Shown here one piece after another: positions 36,435 to 47,121 of a stretch of DNA of 64,000 bases (the stretch's first letter is position 1; the number at the start of each line of letters is the position of its first letter). Under the pieces are notes generated by a model, which worked only from the letters and a program-made list of their open reading frames with translations, was not told the origin of the DNA and made no database searches. A program made the position numbers and the translations under genes. This DNA is from a virus (lineage: Duplodnaviria > Caudoviricetes): positions 1,691 through 65,690 of IMG/VR virus record IMGVR_UViG_3300040751_000264; one strand, given 5' to 3'.

Positions 36435-39400
36435 TTATACCCCTAATTGATGCGTTATCAATATTTCTAATCTTTGTCATAACCTTGTGTGCAATCTCAT
36501 CAGCGTTTGCATTGGCTCCTTGAATATTAAACTTCATGTCATAAGTATTATACACTGGAGCGTTGACATTTGAAACATTGTTTACTGGAGAAATTACTGC
36601 TGTGGCTCCTGATTCTGGAACGTCATACCGTGGCATTGCAAAAGATCCTTGGTTAATTGATTCCATCATTGGCTGACCGTATTTATTGACCATTGACTTT
36701 CTAATTATAAACTCTCCAGGCGTTAGTCGTGCGCCCACAGAATCTCTTGACCCTGAACCAACAACTGCTCCTCCAGCATAGTACCCAGGGAAAGGCTCTG
36801 GAATAGAAAGTTTAAATCCACTCCCCCCTCCAAGAACTGGTACTCCAGCAATTGTTTCTGGTATCTTCAACTCTATAGTTCCCAGTGTTTTAGCAAGCCT
36901 ATTTGCCAATGTTTTTGCTGCTTCAACTACCGCATCTGCTGCATCGTTGAACCAAGTCTTCCAATTATCAGCATCAAACAGGGACTTTAGCATCTCCTTC
37001 ATTGCTTCAACCTTTTCATCAAAAGTTGTGTTTTTCCAGTCTTCCCACCAATCTCCGATTGCCTCAAACTTTTCTACGAATGCTGCCCGAACTTCTTCCC
37101 AAACATTAACGATAGCATCAATCTTTGGCTGAATGCTAGTATCCCACCATGTTGTAAAGAACGTCTTTATTTCATTAAACTTCTTTTCAAATCTTGATTT
37201 AACCTTTTCCCACACCTCTAAAATAATATCAAGTTTTGGCTGAATGCTTGTAGCCCACCACGTTGTAAAGAATGTCTTTATTGCATTGAACTTTTCTTCA
37301 AAACTTGATCTGACTTCTTCCCACTTAGCAACAATTGCATCAAGTCTTGGCTTTACTGTTACGTTATACCATTCATCAAACTTTGTTCTTAGTGGTTGAA
37401 TAACATTTTCATCTATTATCTGCCAAAGAGCAACAAAGAGTGCCCCGATTGTTTGTATAATGGCACCAACGTTTTCAGATACAGTGTTCCAAGCGTTGTT
37501 GATTGGATCAATAACATTTGTTTGTACCCAACCTGAAACAGTGTTCCATGCTTCTTTGATTGGAGTTATAACATTTTCATCAAACCATGGGTAGAATGTT
37601 TCCCAGGCGGTCATTGCAAATCCTACAATACCCATCCACCAAGGAAGATCCATTTGGATTGCTGGCCCAGTAAGTGCTGCTTTCTGATTATTAAAGTCTT
37701 GCAATTCTTTTTGTGCTGTGGCAAGTTCTGCTCTTAGTTTCGCAAGTTTTTCTGGATCTTGTAAATCGACTGGCCCTCCACCGCCGCCTCCACCACCAGA
37801 TGAAAGATCAGCAAGTTCTCTACGAGCAGAAAGAATTTGCAATTCTTGGTCAAGGAACTTCTTTCTTTCTGCTAGATGTGCCTTATCTTTTGTGATTGAT
37901 CTTTCAGTATCGCTAATAATATCGTCAAGAAGATCTCTCTGATCTTCAAGTTTATCGACTTGCTTTTGTAGAGGAGTTAGTCTTTCGTCTTCAATGTCCT
38001 TAATATCCTCTTCAAGATTATAGATATTGTTGTTTAATGTTTCTAGTTGTGGAGCATAGTCATCAATAATTTTTTGGTATGGCTCAATTCTTGCATCCTT
38101 GAGTTCTGTTACCCTGTCAATTTCACGATCAGTTGCCTTGATTGCATCATTAGCATCTTGTAGTCTAAGTCTGTAAGAATCTTCGATAAGGAATTTGCGA
38201 TATTCTTCTGCATCAATTTGCTCATCAATAGCGTCTAGTTGTTCTTGAATAAGATCTCTTTCTTCTTGAAGCGCATCCTTCTTTTCCTGAATCTGATCTT
38301 TTTCATCTTCTATTCTACTTCTTTGTTGATCAAAGGCTTCCTTTTGATCTTCTGTTGCCTTTTCTGCGGCATCTTGACGCAATTGCTCTGCTGCCTGTGC
38401 AGCAGCATAAATGTCACCTTCAGCAAGTGCTCTAGCAAGATCAATTTGGCCTTTTCTCTGACGAGAGATATAGTCGTTTTGTTTTGCAACCTTGTCAAGG
38501 GCATCCTCTTGTTTATCTATTTGATCAAGTTGTTCGTCCAATGATTCATTTTGTAGATCAAGTAGTTTTTCTTCTTCATCTAGTGCTTCAAGTCTTGGCT
38601 TGGCTGCCTCTTGAGCAATTCTTGCTTCTCTTTCAAGTTCTGCTATTCTGTTTTCAATTGGTCTAACCTGAGCGTCTATCTCGTCTTCTAGACCCTCAAG
38701 AATGTCTTCTTGAGCACTTCTTTGTTTTTCTAAACTATCAAGTATTGGTTTGTATTCTCTTTCAATTCCAGCGATGGCTTGTTCTTGTAATTCTATGTCA
38801 CGATTAATTGTGTCTATTTCATCTTGATAAACCTTGATTTGATCATTAAGAACATCTATTTCATCTTGTACCGCCTTTATTGGCCCCCTTTCAAGATCTT
38901 CAATTGCTTCACCAATCATTTCGGTTGCATATCTTGCATCCTCCATGTTGTCTAGACCAATTTCAACTTCTCCTACAGCAATGGTTTCTGCACCAAACCT
39001 GTCTGAAAGATTTTTCCTAAACCTATCTTCGGCTGTTCTGTCAATTTCAATTTCTTTAATAGTAATCTTTGCTTGCTTGTCTCTAAGTTCATCTTCTGCG
39101 GCAGCAAAGGGATCTTTGCTTCCTCCGCCGCCAGTGTCGTCGCCAGGTTGTTTGGTTGGCTTATTTTCTTCTTCCGCAATCTGTGCTTCAAGTTTGGCTA
39201 CCCTAGACTGAGCAGCAGTTATTCCCGCTTGTATTGATTGCAGCAACGTAAGTTTTTCTATAATTTGGTCGGCGGAGAGTCCAGCGGCTTCCATTTGCTG
39301 AATAAATCTCCCCATGTCCACGCCTTGAGCCTGTAAACTTAGAATGTCAAACGCTATTCCAGCATCAGTGATTGATTTAACCGTTTCTTCGCTTTGTGGA

Positions 39401-42400
39401 TAAATGTCAATCAATTGTTGCTTCATTATTTCTAAACCTTGATTGTTTGGCAAAGATGCAAGTTGCTGCTCAATTGCCCCCATTCCAGCATTAAACTTTT
39501 TAAGATTTATTTCTCCATTTACAAACTGAGAACTAACCAAGTTCATTGAGGTCTGAGTTGAGGTTTTAAGTAAGTTTAGAGAAGATGCTGTATCTAGAAT
39601 TGCTTTCTTCATTTCATACTGAGGAACAATTGCTGATTTTAGGAAGTCTGGTAGTGGATCAACTGCTGCCATCCACCTCTTAGCATCATCGACTGCCCCT
39701 TGATCTATTGCCTGATTAAATCCTTGTTGAGCAAGATTGGCAAAACTTTGTTCCAAGTTTGTTATTGATGGAGAAAGTCCATCTTGAATAAAGTTTGCCA
39801 TATCCTTTATTTTTCCTTCATCGTCAAAAGCAAACTGTAGATCTGTGCTAATTGGGACAAACACATCTTGCTTTCCTGCCTCGTTTGCAACTGCTTCAAC
39901 AATTCCTACCGCAACATCTCTAGGTGCTCCAGATGCCAAAAGATCCATAAAGAATGACCTAAGTGCTGCCTCTGCTCCAGAGTCTGAGGCTAGGCTCAGC
40001 CTTCTTGCCCTTTCCTGCATTCCTGAATCTTCTTGCACATATGCTTGTGCTTCTTGAGCAACGCTTCTTGCTTCTTCTGATCTTCCAAGAACCGTAGAAA
40101 CATTTTCAAAGCCAGAAGTTCTTTCAGTAAATCCAAACCTATCCGCAAGGGAGGTTAGTTCATCTCCAGCAATCTTTGCTGCTTCACCAAGATCTCTTAC
40201 TTTATCCCCAGCATTCTTGTATGCAAATCCAAATGTTGCTAAAGTTGTTCCTATTAAAATAAGAGCGGAGACAACTTGACCAACAAGTGGTATGCCATTA
40301 ACCAACACACCCACAAATCTAAGAAGTGCTGGAACCAATCTTCCTAGTGTTGGTAATGCTACCTTAAGTATTGCAGTAACTCTTGCTAGAGCCTGACCGA
40401 ACTTTCCTATACCTGCGATAGATGCTGCTCTTGATGCTACGGCCCCTGCTCGTCCTGCACCGATTCCCCTACGAACGGTTCCTGCTGCACCTACGGCTGC
40501 TCCTGCGGCAGCAGCACCACCTACTGACCCACCACTTCTAACTAATCCTGACTGAATTGCTGCCGTGGCTGCTGCTTTCTTTAAAGCATTGCTAAAACTT
40601 GTAAGTGCCCCCTTTATAATTTCCACTCTCAAAATTGCATCAAGCGCAGTAAATGCAGCACTAACCATAAATGCCTTATTGCCCACCTCGCCCAACGGTC
40701 CAGGGAGGAATGACATTGCCAACGCTATGCCATCTACAGCATAGAACATTCTTGCAAAACTTCCCAGACCCCTTCTTTGGGTTCTGGTGTTCTTTTCGAC
40801 TGCCGCCGTATTATCCTCTGTAGAGATAGAGTTTTCTTTAGTAGATGCTGAATTCTGCTCTTCAGTGATTGTTGATTCAACAACGGCTACAGAGTGCCTT
40901 TCTATATCATCAGCAGAACTTCCTGCAACTATTCCAAGTTCTTCTAGATTCTTTGATATCTGCTCACTTTGTGGGCTTCCAAATCCACCAACGAGTGGCG
41001 TAGCCATGTACTCCCCAGGGATCTTTGGTGGCTGAACTGCTGTTTCCATTCCTTGATTGATACCCTCGCCAATCCAAGTACCCAACTGAATTGACCATGG
41101 TGGTGGAGATCCAGTGTTTGCTCCATCAAATGTTGATGGTTGCAACTGTGCGCCTGCTTCTTCTGCCGCATTTGCTAGTCCTTCTGGTAACGTTTCACTA
41201 GCACCCTGTGCCACATAAATTCCCCACTCTTGCCCTAGAGCAATTCCTTCTTGAGAGAGTTTTTCATTAACTGATTTTCTAGTTGCGCCGCCAGGGAATA
41301 TGTTTCGGCGTGTGCCCTCTACCTTTGGCTGAAGAATGCTTCCAACGCCAGAGGCATCTCCCGCAGCCATTGATGCACGCTTAGCAACTTGGGTAGTTTG
41401 CTCTATTACACCCTCTGCGGTAGCAATAGCATCTGCATAAGAAAGAAGGTGTGCCTCCACAACCTGCTTGGCCCTTAGTTCATCAATTATTTCACCATTA
41501 ACCATTGCCCCAGTTCTAACTAAATCAGCCTCTATCTGCGCCCTTCTTTCTAGAGATGTGGCAAGCGCAGTTTCTGCATCTGACTTCCTTACTGTCATCT
41601 CTTGATCTCTTACCATTGCCTGAACATTGTCAAGAAGGTAGGATGACTGGCTTTGAAGATTTCCTGTTAAGGAATTGTACTCATCAATCAATCCTTGAAG
41701 CGCATACTGGAATGGCTCTTGCATATTTCTTGCTCCAGAGGCAACTTCTTGTAAGGCTGTGTCTGCGGCCTGTGCTGCAACTCTAAGATCAGCAAAACTT
41801 ATTGGCTCGTCTACACCAATTTGCTTTAACGCTTCATTTCTGGTTCCAGAAGTTATTCTTCCACCGCCGAACTGACCAAGTGAGGCAGCCCCCATATCAG
41901 TTGTTAAATTAGATAATGCTTGAGATGTTTGTTCTGTAGCAGTCCACAGCCCATCTGAAGTTTCTTCAAACTTAACAAATGTCTTTTCTGCTCCAAGAAC
42001 AGAGTCAAGCAGTTCTTTTAGTGCTATATCTGTTTCCTTGGTAGATCCAACAAGGGAGTCGGATGCTGTAACCAGTTCTGAAACTGTTGAGGCCAACTCT
42101 CTTGGTGAAAACCCTGCTGAATGACCAAACTCAAGTGGGGGTCTTGCACTTTGTGGTATTAGGTATGGCTCAACTGGTGGAACATATCTGCTTCCGATTG
42201 GTGAATCTGTGCCTCTTGCCAATCCAGGCAGTTCTCCTTGATTCATTGCTACCAACAGTGGAGCGTATTGCTTTGCTGCATCCTTGTTTACAACAAATTC
42301 TCCAGGCATGAGGAGTGCTGGCTGATTGTCTTCATTACCGCTACCTCCGACAAACCCTCCTGTAGCCATTCTTCTTACTGGAGAGAAGCCCTGAGGATTT

Positions 42401-44367
42401 TGTGCGGCTGCCCTTGACATTGTTGCAGCAACATCGCTGTACGCATCTGCAAGTCTTCTTACAGCCGTTTCTTGAATGAGAACGGTATCTGTAAGCCCAG
42501 CCATCGTTCCCTCTAAAGATGCTGCTGCTGCCATGGCATCAAGTTCTGCATCTGTAACATAGCCATATCCCTGAGTCAAAACTGTGTTTTGTCCAGTTAT
42601 CTTAGCAACCATCTTTTGATATGCAGTTCTTACAGAAAGAAATCCCTTAAGCATGTTTCCTATGCCGTTACCTATCAAACCAATACCCATAAGGAATATA
42701 GGTGCAATACCAGCAAGGAGTGCGATAATGGCGGTAACGGAAGTCTTTACAACATCTGGTAAGTTGTTGAACATATTGGCAACCTTTGTTACCGCCTCAA
42801 TAATTGGTGTGGCAATTTGAAGGAATATTGCGCCTAATGGGGCTATGGCTATCTTCAAAGATTCAATTGCCTTTGTGAACTTAGTAGCAATAGAGTCTGA
42901 TACTGCTCCCAATTCTCGCTCTGTGGTGTCAGCAAGGTCTTGGCTTGACATGTCCATGAGTTCCAGAACTCTCTGTGCCTGAGAAGCCTCATTGGTAATG
43001 TTCTTAAACAATGCACCAACGCGAGCGTACTGCCTCTTACCAAAGATTTCACTCAGAAGCCTCTGTTGCTCTAGACCGCTCAGTTCCTTCATGGCCTCTG
43101 CCAACTCCATGACTGTAGCAAGGATATCGCCTTGGTTTGTTTCAACAATATCGTTTAGATTGATTCCAAGTTCTTTTGACATGCTTATCGCGCCTGCTGT
43201 TGGGCTAATCAATCTTGATAAAGATGTTTTGAGGGCGTTAGCCCCTTCTGCTGCTGTTACGCCACCTTCACGCATTGCTACAAGCATGACTGAAAGATCT
43301 TTTACATCGCCGCCAAGTCCTTTAATGACTGGAGCAACGCGAGGAATGGCACCAGCAACATCCTGAAGGCTGAGAACCGTCTGGTTCTCTACAACGTTCA
43401 AGAAGTTGATTGATTCTGTAAGATCTTCATTAGACAACTGAAAAGCATTTTGTAGAGTAATCGTTGTCCTCATTGCCTCTTGCTGATCCATCTGGCCAAG
43501 GACTGACAACCTTGTTGCCTCTGTTGTTGCGGCAAGAAGGTCGTTGCCTCTTTGACCAGCCTGTGCAGCAATTCCTGCTAGTGCCAGGGTGTCTTGGGCA
43601 GCAATGCCGTACTTGGTGAATTCCTCTGACAATCCGCGAACGGCCTCTAGATTTGCTTCTACCTCTTGATCAGTAGTGAAGATATCTCCATAAACCTTGC
43701 GGAAGTTAATTGCTTGCTCTTCTAGTTGCATGAAAGTCTTTGCTGCCACGCCGCCGAAAATTGTTAGAGGAATCGTAAAGCCAACCATCAACTGACGACC
43801 AGCCCACTGTGTATTCTTACCCCAGTTGACTAGGTGTGTAGATCCTTGCCTAAGAAGTTGATTAAATATTTGTTGACGCTGTGCTGCTAGGGCAAGACTA
43901 GTGTTTAGATTGCTTGGCAAAACATCTGGCCTAATTGCCAGTGTCTTTTGCATACCGTCTGTTGCTTTGCCCAGGGCAATGTATCTTGTTTGTAATCTTT
44001 TTACCCTGTCCTCTGCGACAGCATCAATCATGTCAAGTTCTTTGGTGAACCCTCTTCTAAAGGTCTTGGTTGATGCCATTCCATATCGGAAATATTCTCC
44101 AAAACTTAACTTACCCTTATCAAGTGCCTTGGAAAAACTTCCAACAGAAGTCTGTACAGTTTTTATTTGAGTAGAGAATTTACCAATGTCTCCCACCTTG
44201 CTTTGGAGCATTGAGAGGGCTTGTTGTTGTGCAGCAACGGCTTGGGCATTGCTTTGAACTACTCTTCTATTAAAGTCAGATAGTGTGGACTCAAGAAGTC
44301 GTAGTTGTTGGGCGGCTTGTGCCGTTTCAATATTTATCCTGATATTAGCGTTTACATCATCTGCCAC
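36424..44367 (-). CDS. Tape measure protein (about 2647 aa)
   Basis: Very long Ala-rich helical ORF after the tail chaperones; TP901-type core (AGIAAQAG...AEGANALKT), TM segments, coiled coil; GTG start with GAGGTG RBS. Confidence 0.93.
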   Translation of the reverse strand: MADDVNANIRINIETAQAAQQLRLLESTLSDFNRRVVQSNAQAVAAQQQALSMLQSKVGDIGKFSTQIKTVQTSVGSFSKALDKGKLSFGEYFRYGMASTKTFRRGFTKELDMIDAVAEDRVKRLQTRYIALGKATDGMQKTLAIRPDVLPSNLNTSLALAAQRQQIFNQLLRQGSTHLVNWGKNTQWAGRQLMVGFTIPLTIFGGVAAKTFMQLEEQAINFRKVYGDIFTTDQEVEANLEAVRGLSEEFTKYGIAAQDTLALAGIAAQAGQRGNDLLAATTEATRLSVLGQMDQQEAMRTTITLQNAFQLSNEDLTESINFLNVVENQTVLSLQDVAGAIPRVAPVIKGLGGDVKDLSVMLVAMREGGVTAAEGANALKTSLSRLISPTAGAISMSKELGINLNDIVETNQGDILATVMELAEAMKELSGLEQQRLLSEIFGKRQYARVGALFKNITNEASQAQRVLELMDMSSQDLADTTERELGAVSDSIATKFTKAIESLKIAIAPLGAIFLQIATPIIEAVTKVANMFNNLPDVVKTSVTAIIALLAGIAPIFLMGIGLIGNGIGNMLKGFLSVRTAYQKMVAKITGQNTVLTQGYGYVTDAELDAMAAAASLEGTMAGLTDTVLIQETAVRRLADAYSDVAATMSRAAAQNPQGFSPVRRMATGGFVGGSGNEDNQPALLMPGEFVVNKDAAKQYAPLLVAMNQGELPGLARGTDSPIGSRYVPPVEPYLIPQSARPPLEFGHSAGFSPRELASTVSELVTASDSLVGSTKETDIALKELLDSVLGAEKTFVKFEETSDGLWTATEQTSQALSNLTTDMGAASLGQFGGGRITSGTRNEALKQIGVDEPISFADLRVAAQAADTALQEVASGARNMQEPFQYALQGLIDEYNSLTGNLQSQSSYLLDNVQAMVRDQEMTVRKSDAETALATSLERRAQIEADLVRTGAMVNGEIIDELRAKQVVEAHLLSYADAIATAEGVIEQTTQVAKRASMAAGDASGVGSILQPKVEGTRRNIFPGGATRKSVNEKLSQEGIALGQEWGIYVAQGASETLPEGLANAAEEAGAQLQPSTFDGANTGSPPPWSIQLGTWIGEGINQGMETAVQPPKIPGEYMATPLVGGFGSPQSEQISKNLEELGIVAGSSADDIERHSVAVVESTITEEQNSASTKENSISTEDNTAAVEKNTRTQRRGLGSFARMFYAVDGIALAMSFLPGPLGEVGNKAFMVSAAFTALDAILRVEIIKGALTSFSNALKKAAATAAIQSGLVRSGGSVGGAAAAGAAVGAAGTVRRGIGAGRAGAVASRAASIAGIGKFGQALARVTAILKVALPTLGRLVPALLRFVGVLVNGIPLVGQVVSALILIGTTLATFGFAYKNAGDKVRDLGEAAKIAGDELTSLADRFGFTERTSGFENVSTVLGRSEEARSVAQEAQAYVQEDSGMQERARRLSLASDSGAEAALRSFFMDLLASGAPRDVAVGIVEAVANEAGKQDVFVPISTDLQFAFDDEGKIKDMANFIQDGLSPSITNLEQSFANLAQQGFNQAIDQGAVDDAKRWMAAVDPLPDFLKSAIVPQYEMKKAILDTASSLNLLKTSTQTSMNLVSSQFVNGEINLKKFNAGMGAIEQQLASLPNNQGLEIMKQQLIDIYPQSEETVKSITDAGIAFDILSLQAQGVDMGRFIQQMEAAGLSADQIIEKLTLLQSIQAGITAAQSRVAKLEAQIAEEENKPTKQPGDDTGGGGSKDPFAAAEDELRDKQAKITIKEIEIDRTAEDRFRKNLSDRFGAETIAVGEVEIGLDNMEDARYATEMIGEAIEDLERGPIKAVQDEIDVLNDQIKVYQDEIDTINRDIELQEQAIAGIEREYKPILDSLEKQRSAQEDILEGLEDEIDAQVRPIENRIAELEREARIAQEAAKPRLEALDEEEKLLDLQNESLDEQLDQIDKQEDALDKVAKQNDYISRQRKGQIDLARALAEGDIYAAAQAAEQLRQDAAEKATEDQKEAFDQQRSRIEDEKDQIQEKKDALQEERDLIQEQLDAIDEQIDAEEYRKFLIEDSYRLRLQDANDAIKATDREIDRVTELKDARIEPYQKIIDDYAPQLETLNNNIYNLEEDIKDIEDERLTPLQKQVDKLEDQRDLLDDIISDTERSITKDKAHLAERKKFLDQELQILSARRELADLSSGGGGGGGGPVDLQDPEKLAKLRAELATAQKELQDFNNQKAALTGPAIQMDLPWWMGIVGFAMTAWETFYPWFDENVITPIKEAWNTVSGWVQTNVIDPINNAWNTVSENVGAIIQTIGALFVALWQIIDENVIQPLRTKFDEWYNVTVKPRLDAIVAKWEEVRSSFEEKFNAIKTFFTTWWATSIQPKLDIILEVWEKVKSRFEKKFNEIKTFFTTWWDTSIQPKIDAIVNVWEEVRAAFVEKFEAIGDWWEDWKNTTFDEKVEAMKEMLKSLFDADNWKTWFNDAADAVVEAAKTLANRLAKTLGTIELKIPETIAGVPVLGGGSGFKLSIPEPFPGYYAGGAVVGSGSRDSVGARLTPGEFIIRKSMVNKYGQPMMESINQGSFAMPRYDVPESGATAVISPVNNVSNVNAPVYNTYDMKFNIQGANANADEIAHKVMTKIRNIDNASIRGINGY
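37124..37456 (-). repeat. 111-bp (37-aa) degenerate tandem repeat in the tape measure C-terminal region
   Basis: (T/C)TTGGCT anchors at 37124, 37235 and 37346; protein IQPKLD...KFNEIKTFFTTWW repeated. Confidence 0.75.
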
Positions 44368-44395
44368 AAACAAGCACCTCTAGTTAATTATATCA

Positions 44396-44809
44396 TTAGC
44401 CCAGCGGATTTTTAGGTGCAGATTCTGATTTAAGATCAGCATACTCTAGCCCCATCCCTATGCCAAATCCAGCCTTAGAAGCGTTTGGTCCTTGTAGAGA
44501 TGTAATATCGTCTGAGTTATCGCTTCTTCCTCCACTAAACACTCTGGCCTTCATATCTTCCCACTGCTTTTGACCTCCAGAAGATGAACCAGACTCTTTA
44601 TCAAGATCTACCCCCTGCAATGCAGCAAGGAATTTTTTGTCTTGTCTATCATTTTCGTATTTAGCGACGAGAATTGCGGTAAGTTCTGGCATAGAAAGAC
44701 TATCTTCTAATTCCTGATAGTCTTTCCATATGCCAAGCATGAATGCCTGAGATTCAAGCGTTACTAGATCTAGTTCGTCCCAAGAATCCCCGCCGCTGGT
44801 ACGTTTCCC
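44396..44809 (-). CDS. Tail assembly chaperone, -1 frameshift extension (gpGT-like)
   Basis: The -1 frame is open from the slippery site (RTSGGDSWDELDLVTLESQAF) into ORF 44396..44740. Confidence 0.8.
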   Translation of the reverse strand, partial: GKRTSGGDSWDELDLVTLESQAFMLGIWKDYQELEDSLSMPELTAILVAKYENDRQDKKFLAALQGVDLDKESGSSSGGQKQWEDMKARVFSGGRSDNSDDITSLQGPNASKAGFGIGMGLEYADLKSESAPKNPLG

Positions 44810-45105
44810 TCTTCATCAAACTTCATACCAGATGCTGCTTCTAGAACCTTGTAGACGCTTGGAAGATCTAGATTGTCTTCAAGTGCTGTCCTATCTTCTG
44901 CCAACTCGGGCTTATACTGCTTCATAGCAATTTGAACGCAATCAATAAGAACGTCCATTGACTTGTCATTGCTTTCTGCTACCTTGGCAATGCCCTCAAA
45001 CTTCTTCATAAACTCACGAAGAAGCGAAATCTTTAGTGGTCGCATAGAGATCTTGGTGCCGTCAATAAGTTCAATCTCTGTAACCTCATAAACTGATGTA
45101 GCCAT
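44770..45105 (-). CDS. Tail assembly chaperone (gpG-like)
   Basis: Lies between the major tail and tape measure genes; carries a slippery heptamer near its 3' end. Confidence 0.85.
   Translation of the reverse strand: MATSVYEVTEIELIDGTKISMRPLKISLLREFMKKFEGIAKVAESNDKSMDVLIDCVQIAMKQYKPELAEDRTALEDNLDLPSVYKVLEAASGMKFDEEGNVPAAGILGTN
44803..44809 (-). other. Programmed -1 ribosomal frameshift site G GGA AAC
   Basis: X XXY YYZ heptamer in the correct phase (GAG GGA AAC). Confidence 0.85.
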
Positions 45106-45144
45106 TTTAAATCCTTTCCTTATATGGTTCGTAAATTATAGCAT

Positions 45145-45183
45145 GAGAAAGCCCCCGCCGCAATGCGGTCGGGGGACAATCTC
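45145..45183 (-). terminator. Hairpin after the major tail gene
   Basis: CCCCCGCCGCA-A-TGCGGTCGGGGG with GAGA/TCTC extension; TGCTATAAT follows at 45135-45143. Confidence 0.7.
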
Positions 45184-45202
45184 TATTAAATTGTTAATTA
45201 AA

Positions 45203-45874
45203 TTATGATGTTGGAACTAGACGGTCAACAATCTTTCCGTAAGAACCGTTGTTTGCGGGGAGCAGACGGAATGAAACCTCAAACATTGAAGCCTCATCGC
45301 GCTTTGCTGAAACAGTAACGTTGTCAATTGACAGCGCACGGTATGCAACGTAGATTCTTTCGATTGTGGAGCCTGCCTCACAGTCACCTGTACCTGGGCC
45401 AACGGCGACAAGACCGCGCTCTACTGGGCACTCACCCAGTTCACCTGATCTAATCTCCATAACGTCAGCAAAGTTGGTTGTGCCTGACTCAATGGGGTTA
45501 TCCATCTTGGTATCCTGAGCAAGGTCATTGTCAGAAGCAGCAACAGCGATAAGAAGGTTCTCAAGTGTGGCCTCTGCAAAGGCTGTGTTGAGATTAACCT
45601 GCATTCCCTGCTTGTACAACTTGGCAACGTCTAGCAACTGGTCAACCTGTACCTCACCAAAGTCTGGCTGGAACTGAAGTTCAAGACCATTCATGGTGTA
45701 ACCAACGTTGCGAACAACGCTTGATGAAGACAGTGTTTCACGGTATGCTGTGCCTGCAACAAAGTCGGGTAGTGCAGGGCTTGTGTTGGTGTAATCAAAC
45801 TCAGCGTCTGTTGAGACAAAGAGTGCGGCTGCACCTACGATAATTTGCTTTGAATCACCGCGAGTATATGCCAT
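45203..45874 (-). CDS. Major tail (tube) protein
   Basis: IIVGAAALFV, VGYTMNGLEL.FQPDF.EV.VDQ, EATLENL; position and high-expression codon usage. Confidence 0.85.
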   Translation of the reverse strand: MAYTRGDSKQIIVGAAALFVSTDAEFDYTNTSPALPDFVAGTAYRETLSSSSVVRNVGYTMNGLELQFQPDFGEVQVDQLLDVAKLYKQGMQVNLNTAFAEATLENLLIAVAASDNDLAQDTKMDNPIESGTTNFADVMEIRSGELGECPVERGLVAVGPGTGDCEAGSTIERIYVAYRALSIDNVTVSAKRDEASMFEVSFRLLPANNGSYGKIVDRLVPTS

Positions 45875-45946
45875 ATTTTTTCACCTCTTTTTTCCTTTTA
45901 TTAGAATTAGGGGCGTTTCCTCATTTACTATTATACTTCATTTTTG

Positions 45947-46450
45947 TTATAAAAATGATTCAATTGAGTTTGTAAGGTGATATTCTACCTCAATAGTGAA
46001 TTGGGTTATGTAATAAGATCTATTGCTAAACTCTCTGTTTTCTGCGCCCTGAGTTTGAAAAGCCCTTAGATGATGAAAATAAACGTTTGAAGGAGTCGTC
46101 TGCTCTCTATTCCAAGCGTTGATATCTTGTGCTGCGTCATCCATTCTGTCTAAAATATATTGTATTGCCATACCCCATTCTAGAGAATCTTTTGCCGATC
46201 CCTTTACCGCATAAATAATATGCTCTCTTTTAATTGGATAAAAAGGCTTTCCAGTATTTCTCATTATTCTGTCATAAACAACATATGGCTTATTTTCCCA
46301 AGATTTTGTTCCGCTTTTTGCATCGTTGACTGGAAAAAATGGAATTGTTTGCCCATACTGTTTAGAAAATGTGGTGTCCACACTCTTCATTACATCCCAC
46401 ACATAGTTGTTTATTGTTATTGCTGGCAAGGTAAAGTTAGAAAAACTCAT
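45947..46450 (-). CDS. Probable tail terminator protein
   Basis: Directly before the major tail gene; KPYVVYD motif. Confidence 0.6.
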   Translation of the reverse strand: MSFSNFTLPAITINNYVWDVMKSVDTTFSKQYGQTIPFFPVNDAKSGTKSWENKPYVVYDRIMRNTGKPFYPIKREHIIYAVKGSAKDSLEWGMAIQYILDRMDDAAQDINAWNREQTTPSNVYFHHLRAFQTQGAENREFSNRSYYITQFTIEVEYHLTNSIESFL

Positions 46451-47121
46451 TGTATAGTAGCACCTGCCGATCTAAGATATGCTTTTCCAGCGGTCACACC
46501 AGACATTTTACCATTTTTTGTTCCAGCAGAAAGATATTTGCTGTACTCCCTTGGTGATGACAATGTTTTAAGAAATGGCCTTAGTATTGCCCCAGTAAAG
46601 TAGTTATTGAAAAAATCATCTACCACCCTGCCAAAACTTCCAGCAACAGCGTCGCCGCCAGGGTTGGCGATATAGATGGCGTTTGTAGTAAAAACTGTTT
46701 GACCATTATCCTCAAATGCTAGTACATTTGCATCTTTTGGCTCTACAACAACAGAGATTCTGTTTTCCATAATATTTGCCTTATCTACAAATGGTGTTGT
46801 AGATGAGTCTGAAACTGTTTTAGATAGAAGAAATTTTCCATCAAACCTTATTATTCTTTTTGAAGCATTTGATGTAATTTTAAACAATCTTTGAGAGTTG
46901 TCGCCAACTGCGTTCCATTCATAAACATGATGCAATGCATCTGGATTGATTCTTGACTGTGCATCTATGTATTGTCCTAAAGACTCTGCCGTATATTCAC
47001 CCAAAGTTTTGTTGAACAATATTTGATCCATGCCTATTCCATCTAGGAATCCGTAGGAATATGAAACAGTATTTCCTAAAAGTTTATTAACTTCTTTAGA
47101 ATCAATCTTAACACGGAACAC
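46447..47121 (-). CDS. Probable neck/tail completion protein
   Basis: Head-tail module position; GTG start at 47121 with AGGAG RBS. Confidence 0.6.
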   Translation of the reverse strand: MFRVKIDSKEVNKLLGNTVSYSYGFLDGIGMDQILFNKTLGEYTAESLGQYIDAQSRINPDALHHVYEWNAVGDNSQRLFKITSNASKRIIRFDGKFLLSKTVSDSSTTPFVDKANIMENRISVVVEPKDANVLAFEDNGQTVFTTNAIYIANPGGDAVAGSFGRVVDDFFNNYFTGAILRPFLKTLSSPREYSKYLSAGTKNGKMSGVTAGKAYLRSAGATIQ

